64,000 bases of DNA from contig NW_027271288.1 of the NCBI RefSeq assembly GCF_040938485.1, positions 1,116,001-1,180,000 on the forward strand. Direction: 5' to 3'. Of this stretch, positions 37,602 through 50,328 are shown piece after piece. The first letter of the stretch is position 1. Every line of letters begins with the position of its first letter. The position numbers were made by a program, and so were the translations under genes. This DNA comes from Diadema antillarum (Eukaryota). The notes below the pieces were generated by a model that saw only the letters and a list, made by a program, of their open reading frames with translations, was not told the origin of the DNA and did no database searches.

Positions 37602-40600
37602 ATGAGAGGACTGAAAAAGGAGTCTCAGGACATTTTACAAAATATAAATGAGAAGTTTGACAATATTACAATTCCAAACAAAAAATTGTAAACTGCATGA
37701 CTGCATGTTTTTATACATAATCTGGAAAAATAAAGAAATGAAACGAAATGACTAATCTATGCAAAATTTTATTTCCCTTTCTCTTTCATGGGAGTGAATG
37801 GATATTGGTGACGTCAGCCATGCGATATCCATTTTTGCTCGCCAAAAAATTGCATGGCTGACTGAGACAGCGTGCGATGTTACTTTTAACTGAATGTCAC
37901 ATGATGGGCAATCAACCAATCGGATAGCTACATTCATGTTAGGTGTTGTATAATTTCCATTGACTCCTTTGTTAAACCTGTGATGGACTCAAAAGTTTTT
38001 GTGCCATTGTACGACTCTGATGTCACAATGAACAAACATTTGGTGCGCGACTCAATTTCAAGTGTGCTTTATGAACATGTATTTTGTCTTTCAGTTTTGT
38101 AAATAACTTAAGCCGATCGGTTAGGGTACGTACGTATACATGTGTACACAGCTGACTGTGTCTGTGCTACTCAGTTGCCTTTCACAGAAAATGGTTGCCA
38201 TTTCTGTGCTGAATGTAAGAATCTGTGTGGACCACATCTGTTGTAATCTGAAGTGTTACATGTAACACAAATAGTGTATGGTCTTTCCTCATGCAGTGGA
38301 GCAAGATTTTACTAGTGTGAAAAATGAGGCGCACTATTCAACTTGTCTTCGCCTCATTGAATAGAGTGCCTCTATTATCTTTCACCCAGTGCAAAATCTT
38401 GTCTCATCGCACTTGTGACCATTCACTATTTGTATATTTACCTGAGATCGAGGTAACTGGTCCTGCTTCTATGTAAAATTAGCATTCCAGGAGTTGTGTT
38501 GTGTCAGTCATTTGTGAATTTGACAATCCCACATGTACATTTCTGTTTGGTGCTTTTCAAGAACATTATTTCTAATATGTGCAAAACAATGAAATGAGCC
38601 AAGCTCAACAATCTTTGTTTTATATCTAACATCAGGGTTCCAGAAAAAAAATGCAGTGTGTACAGAAGACAAAGTGTCTTCAAACATGAGACAACATGAG
38701 TCGGGTCCCACCATTAATAGCTGTCCCCAGTCAGGCGTCCACACACCTAGTGCAATATACAACCTCTATAAGAACATTGAAAAGTTCTAAGTTATGACGT
38801 AAGTGCAATGTGCAATAATTGCACCAGCCGTTTCAACCATCTGCAACATGTATTACATACATACAGGCCTGTGTAGTATGTTCTGATGTACAGTCATCTC
38901 ACATTTAAGACAGATGATTGCTTTCGTCGAAGGTCTTTTCAAGTCCTTTTCTCTTTATATTCTATCGATTTTCATCCCTCATAAGTTGAATTTTCTCTGA
39001 GTAGAAGTTTTTTCGTTGTTTAGAGTCAACCTCACTCATTAAAGATTTGACCTAGGCGAGGTTGACTGTATAATGTACAGGGCTCAACAATAACTTTTTT
39101 CTCTGGTCACCTGTTTGGGCCTTTAAAATCTTCAAATCATATATTATGGTGGCCAAAAAAATTAATGTAGTGACCAAGATAAACTGAAACATAGCAATCC
39201 ATTTTGAATCTTAGTTGCCAAATTGGGCCACCAAAAGATAAATCTGGTGGCCCAACACCAATTTGTTAGTGGTCCCGGGCTACCCCTTGTATGTCAAGCC
39301 CTAAGACATGTTTCCTACATGTCCCTTATGATATTACATACAGTACACATAATTATGTGCATACAAATAGCCTGGTATTTTCTGTGCAATTTTAATTTTT
39401 CTTTACATGTTGTTTTGGTATATATTGTTCACATTTTGTGATATGTCTGTGGTGTACTTGTGATGTACATGTATTTGATGTTATTTTGATGTGATACAAA
39501 ATGTACAAAGAATTTTGGACAATAAAGTAATCAATCAATCAATGTATAAGAAATGTGTTTGCAGAAACTGTCAATCATTATTCAGAACATACATACATGT
39601 AAAAGTGTACTGAAATAGGGCATATCATATGTGCAGTTTCTCATTACATGTAATTAGAGGTTGACCATTGCAACCATGGTACAGCTGTAGTCTAATCCTT
39701 GTAAGAACATTCATGCATCTTTATGTAAGTAAATGTAATGTAATGTAATGTAATGTAATATAATGTAATGTAATACGTTATTAACACAAATTCCATTTTT
39801 GTGTTTTGTCTCTTCAGAAATCATTTTGCTATACATTTGCTGGATGCATTTCATTAGTTACAGTCACTTGAACAAGGCAAAGATAAGTTGATTGTCTCAT
39901 CATTTACTGCATGCAATGTCTTAGATTTAAAGCATGGACTTCATGAAAACTTCAAAAATTCATAACTTTTGAATGGCTTTTAAATTTTCCCAGAGCGTAA
40001 GTGATGTCTTCTTTACTATTTCTGCATTCACGGGATCCACGTTTTTGGGAAAGTTCCCTTTATTCATGTAAACGTGAATTATTTTCATATTTTTGTGAAC
40101 AAGCCAATAATTGAAGAGTTGGTAAATATCATTAACTATAGCTGTTAATTTGCATTTATAATTTCCATTTATAATGGTTGTGACCAATGTTCTGATAATG
40201 TTGATAACATGTGGAACTTTAGTTCCCCGTCTTCTTTTATTGTAGGACAAATTGAAATGTTACAACTTGTGCTTTCCTGATTGTTTAATTATAATCTTTG
40301 TAATGGAGTCAACTTATTACGGTGTGGATAGCACATTCAGATTGTTAGTGTAACTATTCAGACCATTTAGCCATTTGTTCAGTTACGTGTCCCCTTCACT
40401 GATCTGTCAAGTAAACCTTCATGATTACGGTACATGTACATACATTGTACTTTGCATTTACCTTGCCCATACACTGTATGTATAATTTGCTTCGGAGGTT
40501 GTATATCAATACAGGCAATTCCCATTTCAACAAAATGATTCTTTCATTTTATCAAAATTGTTATATAATATAACAAATATAAAAGATATTACATGTTTTA

Positions 40601-40786
40601 GATCATTTTTGGACCTGAATTCTTACTTACAAAATGCTACAATTTTTTTATTAAAATCATATACCTTGGGAGTACACTGTGTGTGGCCTTATTTCTGTGA
40701 AGTCTTAGTCACTACAACTGGGATAGTGATGCATGTACAACGTATGTGTCTCTATGAATAAATTGGACATTAATAATACAGATTTT

Positions 40787-41161
40787 GGACTCCCATTATA
40801 ACGAAGTCCTGGGGACTGGCAGTTTTCTTTTGTTATATCAAAATTTTGTTATATTCATACAAATAGATAATAAAAAACAAAGAGCGGATAATGTTGAGGC
40901 CGGAATTATAACTTCGTTGAAACCGGAATTTCATAATAACTGTGTTGGTTATAACAGGAGTGCACTGTACAGGGAAATGTATACATGTGCATACAGTGGA
41001 CTCCCGTTATAACGAAATCCTCGGGACCGGCAGTTTTCTTTCGTTATATCGGAATTTCGTTATAACCGAACAAATAAACAATAGAAATACATAGAGTGGA
41101 TGACATTGCAGCCAAAATTTTTACTTCGTTATAACCGTGTTCGTTATACGGGAGTGCACTG
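40787..41161. mobile_element. Two adjacent copies of a Tc1/pogo-type MITE
   Basis: 40994-41161 reads TA-CAGTGGACTCCCGTTATAACGA...CGTTATACGGGAGTGCACTG-TA; 40787-40967 is a related copy with a degenerate left end. Confidence 0.75.
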
Positions 41162-41855
41162 TATATGCAAGTTTTTGTTTCTCTGTTTTAAATATAAACT
41201 GGACACAGCAGCTGACTGACAAAATGAGGCAATAAAAATGAGTTCATCTATTTAATAAGTATGTATTACCCTTTTATTTACTGTAACTTCCCACAGTACA
41301 ATTCATAGGCAAAATACTTGAACAAGAAGTACAATTGTACAAAAAACAAAGGACTTAACAAAAGACATCATCATGCGAGGGTGTGCCACAAAACAATATG
41401 GACAGTGAAAAACAAAGGTAATACATAACATGGCACATAACATTTTGGCTGTTGGTTGGTACAACATGGTACACGTAAATTTAGAGGCTGGATGCCTATA
41501 ATATACTCTTATACACTGTAGAACATTTCTATCTTATTTCACACACAAATTACCAAAATATGAACTCTGTTAGCTACACATGTGTATGAACAGCATGATT
41601 AATATCTTGAGGCTTTAACTTGTATATGTATAAAAGTATCAGTCTGAACGATTTAAGTAGCATACATATGTATCAAAACATTACATCAACATACTGAAAT
41701 TCTGTGGCACCAATTTCTTATCAAAATACATGTTCATTGTAGCAAGTTCTGAATAAGATTACAAGAAGCATTCATAATTGCTTTACACCACCCATCGGAG
41801 TAATAACAGATAAAATAAGTACAAATGGTATCATATATATATATATATATATATA

Positions 41856-42360
41856 CAGTCCGACCTCTTCCATCTGGCCTCCTCTTATCCCGATCATCTC
41901 GGCATGTTGTTTGTTTTTTCATTTCAATCTAATAACTTTGGGAAAAGTGGGAATTTCAAACTCTAACAAAATTCCTACACAAACTCAGAAATTCCTACAC
42001 AAACTCACAGAAATTACATATCATTCCCAACATAATGAACACAACATTCACATCTAATTTTCATCTAAATAACGTGCATTCAGACATTCACTACCCCCAA
42101 ATCACACCAGGAAGATGAACAGAAAACTTTTCATGAAATCAGGGCACAGTGCAGGCGATCGTTCATCGAGCAAATTATCTGAGAATGTTGAACGCAGACC
42201 AGCTGTCAATGTTCGCGAAAAAAAAATCAATATGTTGTACGTGTAGCTTCTATTGGGTAGACAGCCGCATGTATTAAACATCGAGTCTTCCATATCCGGC
42301 CACATCCTTTATCCGGATGAGTGCCGGTGCCGACATGTCCGGATAGGAGAGGTCGGACTG
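41856..42360. mobile_element. Tc1/pogo-type MITE
   Basis: TA-CAGTCCGACCTCT...AGAGGTCGGACTG-TA. Confidence 0.8.
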
Positions 42361-43663
42361 TATATAAAGAGAGAGAGAAGAAATTTGGCCTACAGCACAA
42401 GGGTTTATGGGATTAACATATCACATACATGTACATGCATTGGCACTGTCAAATGAATTAGATCTTCCATCAAATGAAAACAAGAATAAGTTTGGATATT
42501 TTTTCTGATATCTTCTACTCCCTATAAATCATAACTTGTTTGAGTTTCAGCTAAAGAACTGACAAGACAAAGCTTTAAATCTGATATGTTTGCTTAGATT
42601 TGTTCATTCCTGCCTGCTTGCTTCCTAATCCCCTCCCCCCCACCCCACCCCAACTCCCTTCCTCAAACCCCTCCAAGCCCTGCAGAGTCAAGCTCTCTAA
42701 CCACGTCATACTGTAGATGTGAACATTTTTGTGGCATAGAAATTTTCGTGCAACCAGAAACTAGCACGAAAATAAAAGCATGTGAATACAATATTTTTGC
42801 TTGCCATATGTTCCTGTAATCAATATCTTGATTCCGCAAATGAAATACATGTGAAACTCATCTTACCCAGCCGAGTGCAAAAAATTACACAAAAATATCC
42901 ACTTCTATCTACACTATGCAACTTCCTCCAAACACTACATTCTTATAGGCTAAGAGTTCAACTATCAAATAAAAGACTGGTAACATAAAGCCTCTATTCA
43001 AACTAGAGCAAGACCACATACACCTTCCCTCAAAAATTTGTATAAAATGCATTTCATCCATCAATCTAGAAAGATGTTGGCCTAGTGACCACTGATCAGC
43101 AATATTTGCAATGCCTGTGGTACATCACATTAGAATGTCACGTTGATTATCACTGATCATTTTTTTTTCTGATATTTTACACATCTGCTCCTTGTACAGA
43201 TATTACTTTCTCATTAAGATTGCAAATAGTAATTTGCTTTAGGAAAAGTTACCTATAAAATTCATAACTCTTATCCAAAGTAAACACATTTTTAGTCTTT
43301 CTGTATCAGACTAAGAAAATGAATAATCTAGATTCAATCAAAGGGTCTACCATGTGACTAACTTTGATATATGAACTTACCTTTCACTAACAGACCATAC
43401 ACATACTTATTAAATGTACTTTCACAGTATTGGGGGATGGAAGTGCAACATTTCTCATAGAAATTATCAGAATACAATAAAGTACTTTCTGGCAAATTTT
43501 GTGCTATGTGTGACATATAGTCTACAGACCTTTACAGAATTCCTCAAATAAACATGAATTTTCAATGAGCACATACAGTCAACCTTGCTTAAAGTGAACC
43601 TCGCATAAGTCGAAGGTCTTTTCCAGTCCTCTTCTCTTTATACATGTATTCTACTGATTTTAA

Positions 43664-44043
43664 AGGGATCGTACAGTTTGGTTGAGACCTAATTTCAGGT
43701 TACTAACATTTTTGGTGAAATAATGAGAAACCTCTTATAAAATATGAAAGAGCATGTAATTCTATGAGGAATTGAACGTTTATTTGATGAAAATTGGTTT
43801 TGAAATGACTGAGATATCCAAAAAAGAGCGATTCTAATAAAGTGTGGGACCCACACTCTATTACGATCGCTTTGTTTTATTTTGTTTTTGGATGTTTCCG
43901 TCATTCCAAACCCGATTTTCATCACATAAACTTTGAATTCCCCTTAAAATGGTATGCTCTGTACTATATCATAAGTGTTTTCTTGGTATCTCGCGAAAAG
44001 TTAAAAGCCCAATTCTCAGCTACACCAATACTGTACTATCCCT
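43664..44043 (+). mobile_element. TTAA-flanked (Kolobok-like) MITE nested in a Tc1/mariner-type MITE
   Basis: TIRs AGGGATCGTACAGTTTGGT / ACCAATACTGTACTATCCCT with a TTAA duplication; interrupts the host 43576-44136 (CAGTCAACCTTGC...GCAAGGTTGACTG), whose empty-site relative is at 38925-39068. Confidence 0.8.
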
Positions 44044-44244
44044 TTAATCCCTCATAAGTCAATTTTTTTCACACAAGTAGTCGAAGCTAATTCTTCAGAC
44101 CAAATAGATTCAACTTTTAATAGGCAAGGTTGACTGTGCGTACTACTGGTAATTCGTGTCAGCTGTGCTTCGTGTCCAAAATAACGATAGAGTTTAATAC
44201 CCAAGTTTTATAAATTTCCTTGTTTCTTAAGATGTAAGGATATG

Positions 44245-44258
44245 CAGGCCCGTAGCCA

Positions 44259-44289
<31 letters not shown>

Positions 44290-47200
44290 GCGTCGGGTGC
44301 GTACGCACCCCCCCCCCCCAATTCTGAAAGGTCCACTTTTTCATAATAACGGTTTTTAGCAATTCTCAAGATAACAATCCAAATAAATATAAAGACACAT
44401 TATATGCTACGTAAATGTGGAAGAGTACGTTTAACAATGTTAAAAATAATTGTACGAAACCCTTTTGTTGTATGAACCATCGGATCGTCCCCATGCACAC
44501 AAACACAAATGTTATGTATCAATTTGTGCGAGCTATTATTATATTGGCACTGCATGCCATGGCCCTTGGCGCGTGTGACCGGTGTTTTTTTTTCCACTGG
44601 CCGCCCGAGTACGTGCGATTCGTGGATGACATTGAGGTTGACACTTGCATTTTTTCACAGGTACAGAGGTAAGTGGATGAAAATCTAATAGCCTCAAGTT
44701 TACATATAATGTGACCCTGCACCTCAAAACAAACAAAAAGTCGCCAGACATGAATTTTTAGTTAAGACCATATTCTGAAAGAGCACACTTTAAGCTTTAA
44801 AATGATGTATAACTCAAATCAAATGGACTCTCCTAACCTATCTAAATATTGGAAAGAAAGCACAAACTCAGGAAAAGTGTGAACTGAGAAAAGAGGCTCT
44901 TATTAAAGTACAGTGTCTATTCAAGCCCTTAATCTTTACCAAACCGTGCTGGCTGTGCGATGAATGAGAAAAAAAAAAACAGGAAGTAAACCACCAGAAT
45001 AACAACAATGAAGGGATTATCAGATTAAACTGAAATTAAGCATGCCTCATTAACACATTCTGTCCATAATCAATGCCAACTTTCAAAGCGGTAACACTAT
45101 CTTTTCAAAAGTTATCAGTTGAAAGTGAAGAGTGTGGTTAAGGTTTTTCAGAAATGAAAAAGGGATTCTAAAGACACACCTAACCACACGATTCTACCAA
45201 AAAATGTTCGAGATAAACTGCTAAAAAACACAGTAATTCCTGCCCATTTTATGATACCAAATTTTAGCATAATGTAAAGGAAGACCCTCTCTTTCAGAAA
45301 ATATGAAAAAGTCAAGTTCGGTTAGGTTGACCCACTTCACTTATTTTCAGTCCTCACGCAAAATCAGTGTGTGCGACTTTATGTTCGTTTTGAAGTGCAC
45401 GGTCACATATGATAAAAATTAAAGAAATTCCTCGAAATTACTATAATCGAAAACCTGAGACATTTTATATCTACGTCTCACAAAGATATAGTACATGTAC
45501 ATATAAGTACATGTTGGCATGATAATGCCTGGGGATAGATTATTATGTCAACTATTTTCCATTATGAATGCATGCTCCAATCAAATTGTGAAAAGGTGGT
45601 CATGAATTAGCATTTCTTACGAACGATCAGGAGAGACGAAACAAAATGAAAGGCCTGTCTTACTCCAGTTCTCTATTAGTTATACATTTTCTCATGTTGT
45701 GACAGTTCGATTGGTTCTCATTTTGAAGTGAGCCAAAACCTAAGAACATTCTCACTTATAATTTCCAAAGAGTATTATGCAGGCACGCAAACTCAATTTA
45801 GTTGTATTTCATTTAAATGTAATGGGTAAGAGGGTATGAGAGAGAATGCTGAGCTATGAAGTAAAATGGTAAAGTAAAAAGTTTGTCAGATAGTATTACA
45901 AAAGCCTGAATATTGCAAGAGCTCCGGAGTAAAAACAGTCAGGGAAAAACCCTATGTATGATAACATTGTGAGAGCGTTAGACTGCATTGTGACGCGTCG
46001 TTATTTAATTTACATTGTTTATTCATCTTTTTCATAAAAAACACAGGTAATGAGCCGGATTGGGTTAAAATTCTTACTTACAGCTTTGTAGAAGTCTGAG
46101 TCAACAGTATCACACAGTACTTCAAGACGTATTAGTACAAACGATTTCTTGAGCCTGCACCGTTTCAGGCTCTGTTCTGGATACGGCGGTAGAAACTCAT
46201 TCTTTTTTGTTGTTTATTTTATCATTATTTACTAATCTCTTTTCTAACTTACAGGTAGCGGATTTCTTTGCAGGCCAAATTCGGAAATGTACTGTTGATT
46301 ATTACTTATACATTTTCTCATGTTGTGACAGTTCTATTGGTTCTCATTCTAAAGTGAGCCAAAACCTAAGAACATTCTCACTTATAATTTCCAAAGAGTA
46401 TTATGCAGGCACGCAAACTCATTTTAGTTGTATTTCATTTAAATGTAATGGGTAAGAGGGTATGAGAGAGAATGGAAAGTGCTGAGCTATGAAGTAAAAT
46501 GGTAAAGTAAAAAGTTTGTCAGATAGTATTACAAAAGAAACTCATTCTCTTTTGTTTGTTTATTTTATCATTATTTACTTATCTCTCTTCTAACTTAAAG
46601 GTAGTGGATCTCTTTGCAGCCCAAATTCGAAAATGCTTAGAGACAGCTAGTAACCAAATATGCTACTATAATTACTTTAATAAATAAGAAATAACCATTC
46701 CAGTATGTATCTTAGTGTGCACAGTAAGACAGATCAAATCAAATAGGATAACATCTGAGCACTAAGCCTGAGGTCTGAATTTGCACTCAACTTCTTCCAA
46801 TGGCTAACGGATGTTTAATTTTTGAATTTCACTGACCTCCAAATTTCACAAAGAAAACCTTCTTAGCATAATGGTTAATATGACATTTGACTGATATTGG
46901 AGATGTTTGCGAATCGGATCTACTACCTTTAATATTATTAAATCTAAAATGATTATTTGAAAGTTCGGAAATGCTGGAAATATCTTACCACAAGGAGGCA
47001 AAATATAAATGGTTCACATTTACAATTCATTTTGTTTTAAAAATTTTCTTATTTATTTTCGTTTTTGACAAACTCGCATACCAACGGCTGATATACTGTA
47101 TAGTAAAGTGAATGTTTCATCTTCCAAACAGCATCCAATGGGATGGAAAACTCCAACTGAAAGGTGGACACCGTGACCATACTCGCTAAAGAAAACGCGT

Positions 47201-47864
47201 AATAGGGGTCGTTTTTTCTCACGGATTAGATGGAAAGTGTGATGTACGAGCGTATATAATCAAAGGGTATCAAAAAGGCCGAAATTTGGGAAAATGGTAT
47301 ATTGTTCAATCATGATGAAGTACTTCTTTAGGGTGCAGGAAACATTTAAGGAATACTTGTTTTTAAGGCCCAAAAAAATCATATGATCATTACTCGTTTA
47401 GGGGCCATTTTGAAAGTCCATGTATGAGCATGGTGTCCACCTTTTAATTGTCGCTACCCCTCCCGGGACAGTATCAAAGGACCGTTTTGTTAATTAACGC
47501 AATCCCCCCTTCCTTTATAAATCCTGGCTTCAGGCCTGCTAACGCGGGTATACAATAGAAAAAATAAAAGTTAAAACAACACCAGGAAAATCACTATTCT
47601 CAATTTTGCGGCGCGCTACGCGCGCAGAGTCTCGAACACAATTAAACTTTGCAACTTCCTGGCAAAATGAGTTTTTACTATTTCCTAGATGAAATACCGT
47701 AACGCAATTGCATGCAACAGACAAAAATACAAATTTCCTCGATACTTTAAAACGTCATTAAAACAGTCAAAATTCACAATTTGCGGCGCGCTTCGCGCGC
47801 AAATTCTTATACAACTTTTGTAGTTCGGTCGTCCAAAGAATATATATATATATATATATATATA

Positions 47865-47910
<46 letters not shown>

Positions 47911-48001
47911 ATCATTGGTATTGGTACCGAAGGTCCATTTTTTTAGTGACCGCACCCCCCCCCCCCCCCCCCCCCCTTGAAAAATCCTGGCTACGGGCCT
48001 G
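44245..48001. mobile_element. 3.75-kb non-autonomous TIR element with nested insertions
   Basis: Perfect 16-bp TIRs CAGGCCCGTAGCCAGG / CCTGGCTACGGGCCTG flanked by the direct repeat GATATG; no recognisable transposase ORF. Confidence 0.75.
44710..45407. mobile_element. MITE nested in 44245-48001
   Basis: Imperfect TIRs of about 35 bp: TGTGACCCTGCACCTCAAAACAAACAAAAAGTCGC / GCGACTTTATGTTCGTTTTGAAGTGCACGGTCACA. Confidence 0.75.
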
Positions 48002-48509
48002 GATATGTCCTCTTTTTTTGTGTGTATGTATAGATTTCATTAGCCATTTTCTTTACAAAAATATTGCTTTTGTTTGGGTGAGGATAATTTCTTATGTCTA
48101 ATTCACACAGCTGCAACATGTGTTACCCGAGGCCTGAGGGTTGGACAAGGGTTGGACAACAAACTGAAAGTTGCAGCATTATCTCCAGGACCTAAACCTG
48201 ATGTTTCACTTTGCATGTTTTTGATAAACCTCCACGAGTTGATTTCAAGATGCAAAATTTGAAGATACTGTTAGTGAGATGAGGTAGAACAGCTGATGAA
48301 AAATTCAGCTGTAACTCAGCTGTAACTCAGCTGTACTCAGCTGTAACTCAGCTGTAAAATTCAGCTGTAACAGACAACAAAAAATATCCACTAATTTTAA
48401 TACTCAATACACTGTACTTTGGAGGAACATACAACCCATGCTGATCTGAAACTTTGGAAAGACGATAATAAATCTTCTGAGCTAAAATTTATCCAGTATA
48501 GAAAAATAT

Positions 48510-48550
<41 letters not shown>

Positions 48551-48560
48551 CATATATATG

Positions 48561-48954
48561 CGGTTCAACCTCGATTATCCGGCCTCCTTTTATCCGGAAA
48601 TCTCTATTATCCGGACGCTTTCACGCAGTGAAGGACTTTTTTTTTTCATCCAAAAATTGAGAAAAAACAGTGACTTTGAACTCGATTAAAATTTCTACAA
48701 AACTCACACGATTTACCTGCAATATATACATGTACATGTACTTTATTTTTGTGAAGAAGGGACTACAATTTTGCGCAGGCTAGCATAGATTACACCACCG
48801 TTGCGGGGCACGCTACCTGCCTAGCTGCCAGTGCACCGGGACGGCAGCTTGGACGGCAGCTATATACATTAACATTGTGTCTCCCATATCCAGCCAATTT
48901 GCTTACCCGGATGAGCACTGGTCCCAACATGGCCGGATAATCGAGGTCGAACTG
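48561..48954. mobile_element. Tc1/pogo-type MITE
   Basis: CGGTTCAACCTCGATTATCCGGCC / GGCCGGATAATCGAGGTCGAACTG-TA, next to a (TA)n tract. Confidence 0.8.
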
Positions 48955-49225
48955 TATATTATATAAGCATAATCGAGTATAATATAACAAGTACATGAAA
49001 ATCCAAAAGCATATCAACTGAAGGGCTACATTACCACAAGTTTAAATAATGATTGTACATGTTGTAAATCTAATACACTGAATGTACTGCTTACTTGTGA
49101 AAAAAACTTTACAACACTCGAGTAATAATTAAGATTGTGATGCACAATGTCCTCAGTCCAGGTGTATATTATCTGATGATTTATTGTATCTCTACAGAAT
49201 CATAATGAATAACAAATATAAAAAC

Positions 49226-50328
49226 AACAAGGAAAAGTAGAAATTACGCAGTGCGTAATATATGTCCCCGCCGGAAGTAGCATTTTGTAGCAAAATGTAC
49301 AATATAGGTCAAAAATCAAGGTCAAAGGTCAAAGAAGTCAAAGGTCAAAATTCTGTGTAGAAGTTTTGAAGGGCTCACCTAGTGCCATCACATAAAGCAA
49401 ACGGAATCGAAATCGGGTTAGAAATGGCAAAGGTAGCATTTTGTAGCAAAATGTACAAGAAAATAGGTCAAAAATTAAGGTCAAAGGTCAAAATTCTGTG
49501 TAGAAGTTTTGAAGCCCTCACCTAGTGCCATCACATAAAGCAAACAGAATCGAAATCGGGTAAGAAATGGCGAAGGAGTAGCATTTTGTTGCAAAATGTA
49601 CAATAGAGGTCAAAAATCAAGGTCAAAGGTCAAAGAAGTCAAAGGTCAAAATTCTGTGTAGAAGTTTTGAAGCCCTCACCTAGTGCCATCACATAAAGCA
49701 AACGGAATCGAAATCGGGTTAGAAATGGCGAAGGAGTAGCATTTTGTAGCCAATGTACAATATGGGTCAAAAATCAAGGTCAAAGGTCAAAGAAGTCAAA
49801 GGTCAAAATTCTGTGTAGAAGTTTTGAAGCCCTCACCTAGTGCCATCACATAAAGCAAACGGAATTGAAATCGGGTAGGAAATGGCGAAGGAGTAGCATT
49901 TTGTAGCAAAATGTACAATACAGGTCAAAAATCAAGGTCAAAGGTCAAAGAAGTCAAAGGTCAAAATTCTGTGTCGAAGTTTTGAAGCCCTCACCTAGTG
50001 CCATCACATAAAGCAAACGGAATCGAAATCGGGTTAGAAATGGCGAAGGAGTAGCATTTTGTAGCAAAATGTACAATATAGGTCAAAGGTCAAGGTCAAA
50101 GGTCACGACTGAAATTCTGTGTAGAAGTCTCAAAGCTCCCATGTAGTGCTATCATATAAAGCAAACAGAATCAAAATTGGCTCACAAATGACAGAGAAGT
50201 AGCAAATTGAAGATTTTGATCACACACGGACGCACACACGGACGGACACACGGACGGACACACGGACACACACACGTACGGAGCCCGTTTCATAGTCCCC
50301 TGCTCGAACTCGTTCGGCGGGGACAAAT
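49226..50328 (+). mobile_element. Helentron/DINE-like element family C carrying a roughly 158-bp tandem array
   Basis: AACAAG start, hairpin ATTACGCA-G-TGCGTAAT (49243-49259), subterminal repeats TGTCCCCGCCG (49263) / CGGCGGGGACA (50315), six units starting at 49277, 49433, 49578, 49736, 49893 and 50051, (ACGG/ACAC)n microsatellite, 3' stem-loop. Confidence 0.8.

Noticed and set aside
49277-50210. Regular array resembling CRISPR
   Set aside because: Whole units repeat with no unique spacers, the DNA is eukaryotic and there are no cas genes.
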